Origin: Actinomycetota bacterium
GTDB lineage: Bacteria; Actinomycetota; Actinomycetes; Actinomycetales; Microbacteriaceae
Assembly (NCBI GenBank): GCA_020161315.1
Contig: JAIUOH010000001.1
Location: forward strand, 37,620 to 101,619
Length of the DNA: 64,000 bases
Direction of reading: 5' to 3'
Positions 28,506-37,669 of the stretch are shown piece after piece (within the stretch, counting starts at the first letter, position 1; the number at the start of each line of letters is the position of its first letter). The position numbers and the translations under genes are program-made. Below the pieces are notes generated by a model. It made no database searches. It worked only from the letters and a program-made list of their open reading frames with translations, and was not told the DNA's origin.

Positions 28506-30299
28506 ATGAGAATCACCTTTGAGGCCGCACACCTGGAAGCCTCACAGAACGACCGAATCATTTCAGGCGTGCTCGTGCCCTACGGCGAACAAGGCCAGAC
28601 CAACCTCGGCAAGTTCGAAGTGCCGCGCGGTGCGCTCACCTTCCCGTCTGATCCGTCGCAGATGGTCGCGAACGTGGAGCACGACCGTGCTGAAGCGTTC
28701 GGCCACGGTGTGCGCATCACCGACAGCCCCGAAGGTCTCGTGTTCGCTGCCCGCGCCGCAGACACCCCCGAGGGTGACCAGGCGCTGGCAGACGTGGCGA
28801 GCGGCAAGCGCACCCACTGGTCTGTCGAGGCCGTAGGACTCGTGATCGAGAAGGGCAAGGCAGTCGCGGGCAAAGTGTTCGCTGCCGCGCTCGTGGAGAA
28901 GCCCGCGTTCCCCAGTGCGGTGCTGCTCGCATCAGCGGTCGAAGACGAAGACGGTAACGCCGAGGTAGTCACCGAGGACACCGAGAACGACACTGAGCCG
29001 AGCGGCGACGCGACCACCACGACCGAAACCTACACCGACGAGATTGTGGACGAAGACGGCAACACAACCTTGCGCGAAACCACGATCACGACCGTTGAGG
29101 ACGGCAACACCACCACGGTGACCACTGAGTCAGTGGTCACCGTACCCGAAGAACCCACCGAGAAAGAAGAGGAGCCAATCGTGGCCACACTCACCGCATC
29201 TGCTCGCAAGGGCGCTACCCGTGTCGCCCCGCGTGCCCGCACACAGGATCGCCCTGCTGAGCCGCCGAAGCTTGACCGCCTGTTCGCGGCACTGTCTGAC
29301 GCTCGCGTACTCAACACCACCGACGCGAACAACACACTGATGGCGGCGCTCACCGAACTGAAGACTGACGGTGCGCTTGGCCACGCCGGGGGCGGCACCC
29401 CGAACCAGGGGTTGCCCGATAACTGGGTAGGGCAGTTGTGGGATGGTCGCGAGTACGACCGCAAGTTCATCAATCTGAACCAGCACGGCACCGATATCAC
29501 CGCGACCGGCAAGCGCGGCTACCGTGCGATGCGCGGCACGAAGGCCGCACCCAAGCAGCGCTATGACGGTACCTGGGCGGGCGAGCTCTCGGCGATTAAG
29601 ACCGCGAACGGCTACATCGAAGAGTCAGGCTCGACCCTGCACAAGTGGGCGCTCGCGAACACCATCGCCCGCGAGTTCTTCGACCTGCCCGGCGGTGCCG
29701 AGTTCATCGAAGCCTATTTCAAGCTGCTGGTCGAGGATTACGCAATGTGGTCAGACGAGACCGCACTGAAGATCATGCTGAAGGCGGCAGGCACGCCCAT
29801 CGCCCCAGAGAATCACCTGTCTGGATACCCGGCGCAGCACCAGTACTCACAGGCAATGGTGATGCTCATTCAGGGCATTCGCACCGTGAACCGTCGCGGC
29901 GACAACGCCACCTATGCGGTAGTGAACAAGCTCGCCTACGACCAGCTGGTCTACACCCCGAACGACCTGATCCCTGAGTACATCACGTTTGATATCACGA
30001 CCGAGCGCGGCGGCAGCGCCGACAGCGGCAAGGTCGTGGTCGTTGAAGCCGACAGCGAAGACGTTGACCTGTTCGTGGACTTCGCCGGTGCGCCGGTCGT
30101 TGACGATACCAAGCCCGCTGTGCTTGTCGGTGCGAAGCGTGCGATCGACATTGACGAACTCGGCAGCACCCCGTTCACGGTGGACGCGCTAGAGATCGCG
30201 AAGGGCGGCATCGACCGTGCGCTGCACGGGTACTTGCAGGAGCACACCGTGCGCCCCCGCTCGCTCGCGCTCATCGGCACCGCAGTAGCAGGCGGCTAA
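28506..30299 (+). CDS. Fused prohead protease / scaffold / major capsid protein
   Basis: N-terminal HK97-type protease (RIISGVLVPYG, VEHD, WSVEA, PAFPSA), acidic Thr-rich linker, C-terminal capsid domain; 597 aa, no internal stop. Confidence 0.88.
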   Translation: MRITFEAAHLEASQNDRIISGVLVPYGEQGQTNLGKFEVPRGALTFPSDPSQMVANVEHDRAEAFGHGVRITDSPEGLVFAARAADTPEGDQALADVASGKRTHWSVEAVGLVIEKGKAVAGKVFAAALVEKPAFPSAVLLASAVEDEDGNAEVVTEDTENDTEPSGDATTTTETYTDEIVDEDGNTTLRETTITTVEDGNTTTVTTESVVTVPEEPTEKEEEPIVATLTASARKGATRVAPRARTQDRPAEPPKLDRLFAALSDARVLNTTDANNTLMAALTELKTDGALGHAGGGTPNQGLPDNWVGQLWDGREYDRKFINLNQHGTDITATGKRGYRAMRGTKAAPKQRYDGTWAGELSAIKTANGYIEESGSTLHKWALANTIAREFFDLPGGAEFIEAYFKLLVEDYAMWSDETALKIMLKAAGTPIAPENHLSGYPAQHQYSQAMVMLIQGIRTVNRRGDNATYAVVNKLAYDQLVYTPNDLIPEYITFDITTERGGSADSGKVVVVEADSEDVDLFVDFAGAPVVDDTKPAVLVGAKRAIDIDELGSTPFTVDALEIAKGGIDRALHGYLQEHTVRPRSLALIGTAVAGG

Positions 30300-30302
30300 C
30301 CC

Positions 30303-30671
30303 ATGCCTACCCCGGAACTGCCAGTCTACGGTGACCCCGTAGCCTGGCACGACCTCGAATCGATCCGTGAGGATTGGGAGAGCGGCGAGGACATTCCAGA
30401 CACGTTGCTCACTGACCTGCTGCTTGTCGCCAGGCTCTCAATCGAAGCGTTCGCCCCACCACTATCTGCCGAGATGATCCAGGCCAACCAGTGCCCCGTG
30501 AACTACCGCCTGGCACACCTGATGCAGACCAGGAACCTGTGGAACGCGGTCACCGTTGATTCCAGTGGTGGCATCGGTGAAGACATGGGGTACGCCTACA
30601 GGCCGATGCCGCTCGACTGGATCGTGAAGCAGGTACTGCGCCCGAAAACGTCTGTGCCGGTGGCACTATGA
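30303..30671 (+). CDS. Head-to-tail adaptor
   Basis: Position after capsid; YRLAHLMQTRNLWN..PLDWIVKQVLRP. Confidence 0.7.
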   Translation: MPTPELPVYGDPVAWHDLESIREDWESGEDIPDTLLTDLLLVARLSIEAFAPPLSAEMIQANQCPVNYRLAHLMQTRNLWNAVTVDSSGGIGEDMGYAYRPMPLDWIVKQVLRPKTSVPVAL

Positions 30672-31042
30672 GCGCCCTACGCGCCACGCTGAAAAGTGAC
30701 CTCGAAGCGCTGCTTCCGAACTTCAAGGTCACGCGTGGCATCAAAACCCCTGACCAGGTTACGAAGCCCCTGGTGATCCTGGAGCAGAAGAGTCTCGAAC
30801 CATCAACCAGCGCGCGCGGGTGGCTCGATATCGGCCTGAGCGTGCATGTGGTCACGCATTACCAGGGCATGACCGACAAAGCCGAAGACGAGGTAGACGC
30901 GCTGGTACTCGAAGTCATGGCGGCGCTGGAGCAGATCAGGTATCTGACGCTCGGTGCCGCCACCAAAAAGATGTACGCCGAAACCAATCTGTCGTACGAA
31001 ATCGAAACCACCAACACCGCACGAAAGAAGGTATCCCCATGA
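30668..31042 (+). CDS. Tail terminator / head-tail joining protein
   Basis: 124 aa, between adaptor and major tail; ATGA coupling. Confidence 0.65.
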   Translation: MSALRATLKSDLEALLPNFKVTRGIKTPDQVTKPLVILEQKSLEPSTSARGWLDIGLSVHVVTHYQGMTDKAEDEVDALVLEVMAALEQIRYLTLGAATKKMYAETNLSYEIETTNTARKKVSP

Positions 31043-31458
31043 ACCCGCCACCCACGATTGTTGACGTAGACCCGATCTATCTCGACAACGCAGCACTGGT
31101 GATCGACACGTTTGATTACGCTGCCGCCGCGTCCAAGATCGAGTGTCAGCCCTCGATTAAATCGGCCACCTTCCGGGGCATGAAGCGCACCGCGAGCTTC
31201 ACTAGCACCTCAGTCGAGTCGTGGACGCTGTCTATCGACTTCGCTCAGGACTTCGAAACTGCCGAGTCGTTCTCGAACATGCTGTTCGACAACCAGGGCG
31301 ACGTGGTAACTATCGATTTCGCGCCCATCGACGGCGGGAAAGTCTGGCAGGTTGACGTGCAGTTGGTGCCGGGCGGTATCGGTGGTGCAGGTGGTGCGCA
31401 CGCCACGACCTCGATCAGTCTGGGCGTGCTCGGCCAGCCACGCCGCAAGACCCCGTAG
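31039..31458 (+). CDS. Major tail protein
   Basis: 139 aa, beta-rich (WTLSIDFAQD, PGGIGG, LGVLGQP); position. Confidence 0.78.
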   Translation: MNPPPTIVDVDPIYLDNAALVIDTFDYAAAASKIECQPSIKSATFRGMKRTASFTSTSVESWTLSIDFAQDFETAESFSNMLFDNQGDVVTIDFAPIDGGKVWQVDVQLVPGGIGGAGGAHATTSISLGVLGQPRRKTP

Positions 31459-31474
31459 ACGGCGGGTGAGGCGC

Positions 31475-31975
31475 ATGCTCGGTATCGACGTCAACAGTTC
31501 ACGCGAGCTTCAAGCGTTGATACTGAGTGTGCGCCGCGCCAACCGCGAAATTCAGGGAGAGATTCGTAAACACACCAAGACGATGATCACCCCTGAGTGG
31601 CGCAAAGCGTTGGCTGAGCAGTCGCTCACAAAGGTTGAACAGATCGTGCTGGTGGACACTGCCCGCGTGACGGTCTCAAACCAGAACGTGACGCTGCGCG
31701 CCGGCGGTCTCGCAAAGAAACTTTCGGGCGGTGCGAAGGCGTTCGAAATCGCGCCACAGGTGGAGTTCGGTACACCGATGAAAGTCATCAAATACAGCGG
31801 CAGGCGCGGCACAAAGCGGTTCCCAGTGACCCGGCGCGGCAACATGCAGTTCCGGCAGGTGAACAAACGCGGCTGGGTGGTGTATCCCGCAGTCGCGCAA
31901 ATCTTGCCCCGCCTGGCGGCGCTCTGGGTGCAGACAGCTGTACGCACCTTCGCAGAAGCAATCGAGAAGAAGTAG
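31475..31975 (+). CDS. Basic tail-associated protein (HK97 gp10-like)
   Basis: 166 aa, K/R-rich, VEFGT motif; only ORF between major tail and tape measure. Confidence 0.6.
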   Translation: MLGIDVNSSRELQALILSVRRANREIQGEIRKHTKTMITPEWRKALAEQSLTKVEQIVLVDTARVTVSNQNVTLRAGGLAKKLSGGAKAFEIAPQVEFGTPMKVIKYSGRRGTKRFPVTRRGNMQFRQVNKRGWVVYPAVAQILPRLAALWVQTAVRTFAEAIEKK

Positions 31976-31983
31976 GAACAACA

Positions 31984-33618
31984 ATGGCCGGTAAAGGTTT
32001 CGAGATACACGCGGCGCTCAACGCGTCGAAGTTTCAGAAGGGCGTGAAAGACGTTGAGGGCGCGCTCGAAGAGGTAGCCGATTCGCTCGACGATGTAGCG
32101 AAAGAGGCCGACAAAGCCGGTCGCAAAATGGGCGACGAGATACAGGACGGGGCACGCGATGCATCCCAGTCAGTAGACCGGCTTGAGCGCAGTTTCAAGG
32201 ACATGGCCGACGCGTCGAAACGCGAGACTGGCCGTGCCAGTGACTCGATGAAGCGGAACACGAAAGAAGCCACCACACAAGCGGCAAGCGACCTGCAAGA
32301 ACTCGGTGATGAGGCTAAGCAGAATGCCGCCGAGACCTTTTCGTCCTTCGACGGTTCGTTCGAATCCTTCATCGACGGTATCCAGGGCACCATGGGCGGC
32401 ATTGTGTCGAGTATGGGTGCTGCTGGCGCGGTCGCTGGTGGTGCGCTTGCGCTCGGAATTGGCTTCGCAGTTGCTCAGGGGCAAGAACTTGCTGATGCGA
32501 TCAATACCGCAAAAGAGCGAGCCGCAGAGCTTGCGGGCGAAATCTTGGAAGCGGACGGCGATCTTGCCAGCATTCAGTGGGCGGACAAATTCAAAGAGTG
32601 GGGTCTCGCGATTGAAGACTCCCGCCAGTGGTTCGAGTTCTGGCAAAAAGACGCTCTCACGGCGTTTGAGTCCGCCTCTCAAGCTGCCGAGAAATTTGGT
32701 GTGTCAGCAAAAGACCTCTCACTTGGCCTGTCGGGTATCGATGCCGATGCAGCGACCCGCTCAATCGCGAAGCTGCGCGACCAGATTAAAGAACTAGAAG
32801 TTGAACGTGGCCGCGCCATGCAGTCGCAGGATCGCAACGACATCAAGGGTGAGATACACGCACGAGAGCAACTAATCAAGAAGCTCGAAGAGCAGGGCAA
32901 CGTCACCGCAGAAGCAGCAGCGATCGCAGAAACTATGGCAGAGATCTCGGCAGAAACCGCAGCAGCGGACGAAGCCGCCGCCGCTGCAACGCAGCGGCGC
33001 ACCGATGCCGTCAGTTCTTTGCAGGGCGAGCTAGACGAATCTGTAGCCTCGTACGCAAAATTTATCGATGCCGAAACCGGTGCGGTTGACCCCGCAAAAT
33101 ACATCGCCGCGATGCAAACCCGTATGGAAGCGACGGGCAATTTCAACACGAACTTGGAACAGCTCGCCGCCAACACCGGCCTGAGTTTCGAAGCGCAACA
33201 GGCGATTCTTGACCAGGGTGTGGAGTTCGCGCCGATGCTCGCATCGATCATGGCTGGCGGTAGCGAGATGCAAGCGCAGTACGCCGCACAGATGGAAGCG
33301 ATGGTGACCGGCGGTCAGGCGATTCTTGACGGCACCACTCCATCCGTGACCGTCACCGCGACCGCTGATTCGCAAGACGCTGAGCGGCAGCTTGCGGCGA
33401 CCGCTGAGGAGCGCACCGCACCGGTGAAAGCTGAGGCCGACACGAAGACTGCTGACGCGACTCTTGATGCTGCTGCCGCGAAGACGCGCACCGCGAAGAT
33501 TACCGCGAGCGTTGACCTCACCGCTGCTGAAACTGCGCTCGCGAACTTTGTGAATCGTCGCCGCACCGCGACGGTCACCGTCAACGCTGTAGACCGAGAA
33601 GGGCGGGCACTCCCGTGA
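31984..33618 (+). CDS. Tape measure protein
   Basis: 544 aa, Ala-rich helical/coiled-coil with one hydrophobic segment; AGGAA RBS; position. Confidence 0.85.
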   Translation: MAGKGFEIHAALNASKFQKGVKDVEGALEEVADSLDDVAKEADKAGRKMGDEIQDGARDASQSVDRLERSFKDMADASKRETGRASDSMKRNTKEATTQAASDLQELGDEAKQNAAETFSSFDGSFESFIDGIQGTMGGIVSSMGAAGAVAGGALALGIGFAVAQGQELADAINTAKERAAELAGEILEADGDLASIQWADKFKEWGLAIEDSRQWFEFWQKDALTAFESASQAAEKFGVSAKDLSLGLSGIDADAATRSIAKLRDQIKELEVERGRAMQSQDRNDIKGEIHAREQLIKKLEEQGNVTAEAAAIAETMAEISAETAAADEAAAAATQRRTDAVSSLQGELDESVASYAKFIDAETGAVDPAKYIAAMQTRMEATGNFNTNLEQLAANTGLSFEAQQAILDQGVEFAPMLASIMAGGSEMQAQYAAQMEAMVTGGQAILDGTTPSVTVTATADSQDAERQLAATAEERTAPVKAEADTKTADATLDAAAAKTRTAKITASVDLTAAETALANFVNRRRTATVTVNAVDREGRALP

Positions 33619-33974
33619 GCACCATCACCGACGGCACCACCACGTTCACCCCCACCCTGCTGATGGTGGCCGACAGCACCCGCGAGAGCACGAACAAGGT
33701 GCACCGGCTACTCGGTGGCAAGATCGCGGTCACGCTCGGCGATCCCGTGCCCCGCTCCGGCACGCTCGGGTTTCTGCTGAAAGGTGAGGCGCTGAAAGAA
33801 GCGTGCGTGACCCTGCACGCGACCGGCTCACTCTTCCAACTCACAGAACCCGATCAGCCCTCAACCGACATGACGTATGTGCTCGCTGAGGGCGGCAAGA
33901 TCGCCGTCGAACAACTTCGAGACTATGACGACCTGTGGATGGTCTCAATCGATTTTCAGGAGGTCACCGAATGA
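33615..33974 (+). CDS. Minor tail protein (distal tail-like)
   Basis: 119 aa directly after the tape measure; PRSGTL and C-terminal FQEV. Confidence 0.65.
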   Translation: MSTITDGTTTFTPTLLMVADSTRESTNKVHRLLGGKIAVTLGDPVPRSGTLGFLLKGEALKEACVTLHATGSLFQLTEPDQPSTDMTYVLAEGGKIAVEQLRDYDDLWMVSIDFQEVTE

Positions 33975-34234
33975 CCACGCTACGAAACCTCGTGAACACG
34001 GTTCGCGAGTCAGCCCAAGACGCGCAGACCGCCGCGACTACCGCCCGGCAGAGCGTGCAGACGGCGCTCGCGCCCGTGCGCGCCGATCTTGCGGAGACGC
34101 AGCACGAGCTTGCGAAGCAGGGCACCGCCCTGGACGAAACGCATGCGTCCGCAGAATCGGCGCTTTCGAAAGTCGCTGAGCTTGAAAACGCGGTAGACAC
34201 CCTAATCCTTGACGCGCTGATGGACGGTATCTGA
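33971..34234 (+). CDS. Small coiled-coil phage protein
   Basis: AGGAGG RBS; heptad pattern ending LENAVDTLILDAL. Confidence 0.7.
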   Translation: MTTLRNLVNTVRESAQDAQTAATTARQSVQTALAPVRADLAETQHELAKQGTALDETHASAESALSKVAELENAVDTLILDALMDGI

Positions 34235-34359
34235 TGTTTGAGCGACTGCGCACCCTGTACCGTACCGGGCGGCTCGATGAGGCCGGACTGATCACCGCAA
34301 TAGCACGCGGCTGGATTACACAGGCGGACGCTGACATGATCCTGGGTGAGCCGGAATGA
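34234..34359 (+). CDS. XkdX-like small protein (41 aa, absent from the ORF track)
   Basis: MFERLRTLYRTGRLDEAGLITAIARGWITQADADMILGEPE; TGATG and ATGA overlaps with both neighbours. Confidence 0.75.
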   Translation: MFERLRTLYRTGRLDEAGLITAIARGWITQADADMILGEPE

Positions 34360-35540
34360 TCCCCCTCGCCAAGCACACCGCGCACGTCCTCACCACCGCC
34401 GGTGTGCCGGTAGTCGATCCCGTCTCGGTGAGCGTGTCGATGGATGAGTCGTGGTCACCGCGCGTGCAGGGGCAAGTGGTGCTGCACCGCGATCACGCTG
34501 ACGCGCTCCCAGACCGGCTACTCGTGCGCATGCGTGCCACGTTCGGCAGCGACATGAGTATTGCCGCGATCACCGCGTGGGCGGGCGGCTCCATCGCCGC
34601 GATCACCGCGCGCGCGGGCGGCAGCGTGAAAGCCCTCACGGACATGCACACGCGCCCGTGGAATCCGTTTGAGACGAGCCGCCCACTCTCGTACCTGTCC
34701 GGCAGTATGAGCGCCCTCACCGCCGCCTACCGGGGCGACGTGGCGAAAGTCACTGATGCGATGCGTCAGCCGGGCGGCACCTACCAGCCACCCGCTCCAC
34801 AGGTGCTTGAGTACGTGCTGCACCGGCGACGCCATGACGACACGCACAGCGATGACCTCACGACCGTGCAACTCGCCTCAGCGGACATCGAATTGCACGA
34901 CTACCGGCGCACTGTACCCGTGGTCTACACGAGCGAGCACACGACGCTACGCGCCCTGATCGGGTACGTGCTCGACCAGGTAGACGGCGTGCTGAACCCC
35001 GGCACAGACACACCTATCGAAGCGGGGGCGACGTGGGAGCCAGGACGCACCGCATGGGAGTTCATCCAACCCCTGCTAGAGCAAACCGGGTGGCAGCTGT
35101 ACGCCGACGAACACGGCAGGTACACACTCGAACCGCGCACGGTGACAGTCGCCCCGGTCACGCTTGACGCTGACCTGAACCTCATCGACTGGGAGCAAGC
35201 GACCGATCCCGCGTTTGATTCGGTGGTGATCGAGTACACCGGCAGCGACCCGCACACCTATGACGTGTACGCCCCGCCCGGCAGCAAACGCCCCTTGCAC
35301 GAAACCCGAGACACCGCGCAAGCAGGGGTAGGCGCGGCGGAAGAGATCGCGCTACGCGCCGGGCAACGTGCTCGCACCGCGACCGCTGACGCGCTCAGCC
35401 TCTACGCGCTACGCCCCCTGCACCGCACCACTGTGCACGTGGACGATACGACCGCCCGCATGGGCACCGTCGAATCGGTCTCGTGGTCGTGGCCAGAAAC
35501 CACTATGCGCGCGAGTCTGCGCGACCTCACCACCCTATAG
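34356..35540 (+). CDS. Minor tail protein (baseplate hub/Tal-like)
   Basis: 394 aa; SVSMDESWSPRVQG and WEPGRTAWEFIQPL..GWQLYADEHG; position. Confidence 0.72.
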   Translation: MIPLAKHTAHVLTTAGVPVVDPVSVSVSMDESWSPRVQGQVVLHRDHADALPDRLLVRMRATFGSDMSIAAITAWAGGSIAAITARAGGSVKALTDMHTRPWNPFETSRPLSYLSGSMSALTAAYRGDVAKVTDAMRQPGGTYQPPAPQVLEYVLHRRRHDDTHSDDLTTVQLASADIELHDYRRTVPVVYTSEHTTLRALIGYVLDQVDGVLNPGTDTPIEAGATWEPGRTAWEFIQPLLEQTGWQLYADEHGRYTLEPRTVTVAPVTLDADLNLIDWEQATDPAFDSVVIEYTGSDPHTYDVYAPPGSKRPLHETRDTAQAGVGAAEEIALRAGQRARTATADALSLYALRPLHRTTVHVDDTTARMGTVESVSWSWPETTMRASLRDLTTL

Positions 35541-35551
35541 AAAGGCACATC

Positions 35552-36208
35552 ATGGCATTTGGAAGCAAAAACGCTCGCGGCATCTACCTGTATGGCGAAG
35601 ACGATAACGAGCTAAATCACTCTGCCTTGCTGAACAAGCTCGGCCAGTCAGTTTCTGACGCGACCAAGTATTTCAGCGGCACCCCCGCACAGCGTGCGCT
35701 GCTGACCCCCGCACCCGAGGGTGCGACGTGGAAGGATACCGACGCTGCCGGGCGCGTCTGGAAGGGCAAAGCCGGGGTATGGGTGCGCGCCACTGAAGGG
35801 GCGACCCTCAGCACCGACAACGTCAACATGCTCCCCGTCGCGACTACCTGGCAAGCCGTGGTGTGGAAGGCCGCACTGTATGACCATGGCGGGTGTTTCG
35901 CGTCGGCGAAACCAACCCGTCTTGTAGCGCCCACTGCCGGTCTATACCGAGTATCTGCGACGCTCCGGTACGCATCGACTGTCTACGGCGGCGGTGTAGC
36001 GCTCGCACCGAAAGGTGTGGTAGACGAGCGCACAGCGGTCTTTGCCGATGTGGTTGGCGCGCCCGTGGTGGCGAGTGCCCGCCCACATGTCGAGGATGTG
36101 TTCGAGTTGAACGCGGGTGAGTACGTCGAAGTCATGGCGGCAGGCATCGCGAACGGCATGACGTTGACCCCTGCGGGGTGCGGCGCGACGATCACATGCG
36201 TGGGCTAA
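35552..36208 (+). CDS. Tail fibre / receptor-binding protein (C1q-like C-terminus)
   Basis: GAAAGG RBS; PTRLVAPTAGLYRVSA..LNAGEYVEV beta-sandwich pattern. Confidence 0.7.
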   Translation: MAFGSKNARGIYLYGEDDNELNHSALLNKLGQSVSDATKYFSGTPAQRALLTPAPEGATWKDTDAAGRVWKGKAGVWVRATEGATLSTDNVNMLPVATTWQAVVWKAALYDHGGCFASAKPTRLVAPTAGLYRVSATLRYASTVYGGGVALAPKGVVDERTAVFADVVGAPVVASARPHVEDVFELNAGEYVEVMAAGIANGMTLTPAGCGATITCVG

Positions 36209-36210
36209 TC

Positions 36211-36885
36211 ATGACGCTCACCGCCCTTGCCCAATGGCTCAACGACACTTACCCTCGCAGAGACTGGAATCAGTGGTGCCAGGCTCTCGTGTGGAATGTG
36301 GTGTGGCATGTGCTCGGCGTACCCGAAAACGCGCTATACCCGCCCTACCCGTCAGCGACCGCCGCCCGGCTCGCCTCACGAATCGAGTCCACAGACCCGC
36401 TACGCGCACCTGCGGGAGCAATCCACTACTGGAAGCACCCCGCAGACGGTCATGTCGGTGTATCGCTTGGTGCTGGTCTCGTACTGATGACCGGCACACC
36501 CGAGGCACTTGGTGCTGGCGCGACCATGCTCGGCACGAACTACGGCACCACCACAGTGGCCGCGTACACTGCCGCCCGCAGAAACACATATATCGGGTGG
36601 TCACTCACCAACGGTCGCTACCCGTCACTTGTCGGCCGTCTCAACTCCCACACGCCCACCATCACACAGGAGATAGATATGAAACTCATCAAAGTTGTGC
36701 AACCCACAGGCACCACCTGGGCACTTGTCGGTCTCGGCTTCTTCCAAGAAACCAGAGACCCTGCCCAAGCCAACGCGTGGGCTGAGGTTTGGGGTGACTC
36801 GCGCCAAGTCTCAGACCTGGCGTGGGAACAGGCCTACAACGCGGCACTACTCGGCCAAGGAATGCTGTCACGGGTGACAAAGTGA
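36211..36885 (+). CDS. Endolysin (CHAP/NlpC-P60-like Cys-His peptidase plus C-terminal domain)
   Basis: WCQALV (Cys), GAIHYW, GHVGVS (His), YIGW; followed by membrane proteins. Confidence 0.8.
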   Translation: MTLTALAQWLNDTYPRRDWNQWCQALVWNVVWHVLGVPENALYPPYPSATAARLASRIESTDPLRAPAGAIHYWKHPADGHVGVSLGAGLVLMTGTPEALGAGATMLGTNYGTTTVAAYTAARRNTYIGWSLTNGRYPSLVGRLNSHTPTITQEIDMKLIKVVQPTGTTWALVGLGFFQETRDPAQANAWAEVWGDSRQVSDLAWEQAYNAALLGQGMLSRVTK

Positions 36886-37127
36886 CGTCGCTCACGACCG
36901 ACGCACTGATAGCGGCGCTCGCGGTGCTCGGCGTGGCCGCGTTCGGGTGGCTCACCGCCGCGCAACTCGCGTCGCGCAAACGGTTCGCGCGCCTCGTGCG
37001 CGAGAACCGGGCGCTCTGGTACTACACCAGAGTGCTCATCGACTGGGGCTATCGACCTCACACGGGCGCACCACCAGAGCCGCCCGAATCTATCCGCCAC
37101 CTATACGAGTTTGGAGACTCAGAATGA
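36882..37127 (+). CDS. Lysis-cassette membrane protein (1 TM)
   Basis: GTGA coupling to the lysin; N-terminal TM; LWYYTRVLIDW..PPEPP. Confidence 0.7.
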   Translation: MTSLTTDALIAALAVLGVAAFGWLTAAQLASRKRFARLVRENRALWYYTRVLIDWGYRPHTGAPPEPPESIRHLYEFGDSE

Positions 37128-37309
37128 ACCCCGCAGAAATCGCACGCCTGATCGGCTACACCGCAAGCATTGGCCTTGGCATCTACATGACCGTGGCCGG
37201 TATCCATCGCGGAGACGCCGCGCTCACCACGAGCGGGATCGCGCTCGTGACCGTGGGCGGCACCGCTGGCGGCGTGCTCGCACGACAGACCGGCAAACAC
37301 GGGCGCTGA
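37124..37309 (+). CDS. Holin-like protein (2 TM, basic tail)
   Basis: 61 aa; GGAG RBS; two hydrophobic segments; ends GKHGR. Confidence 0.65.
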   Translation: MNPAEIARLIGYTASIGLGIYMTVAGIHRGDAALTTSGIALVTVGGTAGGVLARQTGKHGR

Positions 37310-37313
37310 CCGT

Positions 37314-37344
37314 ACGCCTGATTGAGTGTCAACCCCGGGTTGAC
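37314..37344 (+). promoter_or_regulatory. Repeat/operator site 1, GTCAA-N7-TTGAC
   Basis: ACGCCTGATTGAGTGTCAA-CCCCGGG-TTGAC; twin of 38784-38814. Confidence 0.7.
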
Positions 37345-37350
37345 GTGAAA

Positions 37351-37388
37351 GAACCCCCGCACCGGCTTACACGTCAGTGCGGGGGTTC
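37351..37388. terminator. Hairpin terminator between convergent late and int operons
   Basis: GAACCCCCGCAC / GTGCGGGGGTTC 12-bp stem. Confidence 0.8.
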
Positions 37389-37396
37389 CCGCGCGC

Positions 37397-37660
37397 TTAC
37401 TTGGTCTCGCGTTTGCCGAGACCCGCGACCACGCCAGCGCCCGCGAACAGCGGTGCAGCGGCAACAAGCGCGACACCCCCGAGCATCGCGGGTTCGAACG
37501 CACCGCCCGAGAACGACACGAATAGCAAAAGCAACGCGAGCGCTGCCATGCTGAGTGCGCCATAAAGAAGCCAGTTATACGCACTGCGGGCGTTCGGTGC
37601 GAGCGGGCTGTAGGTGGCTGGTGCTGTGGTTGCTGCGGGTGTTTCTTCACTCATGTCCAT
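37397..37660 (-). CDS. Small two-TM membrane protein downstream of int
   Basis: 87 aa, two long hydrophobic helices; TAGCTT lies 6 nt before the ATG. Confidence 0.75.
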   Translation of the reverse strand: MDMSEETPAATTAPATYSPLAPNARSAYNWLLYGALSMAALALLLLFVSFSGGAFEPAMLGGVALVAAAPLFAGAGVVAGLGKRETK

Positions 37661-37669
37661 GATCTTAAG

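Noticed and set aside
34555-34640. 11-aa repeats (SIAAITAxAGG) in the minor tail protein as a DGR or variable cassette
   Set aside because: Short in-frame structural repeats; no reverse transcriptase or template repeat present
37328-37344. GTCAA-N7-TTGAC as an integrase crossover site
   Set aside because: The arms do not resemble those around the att overlap and the two spacers differ; an operator is more plausible
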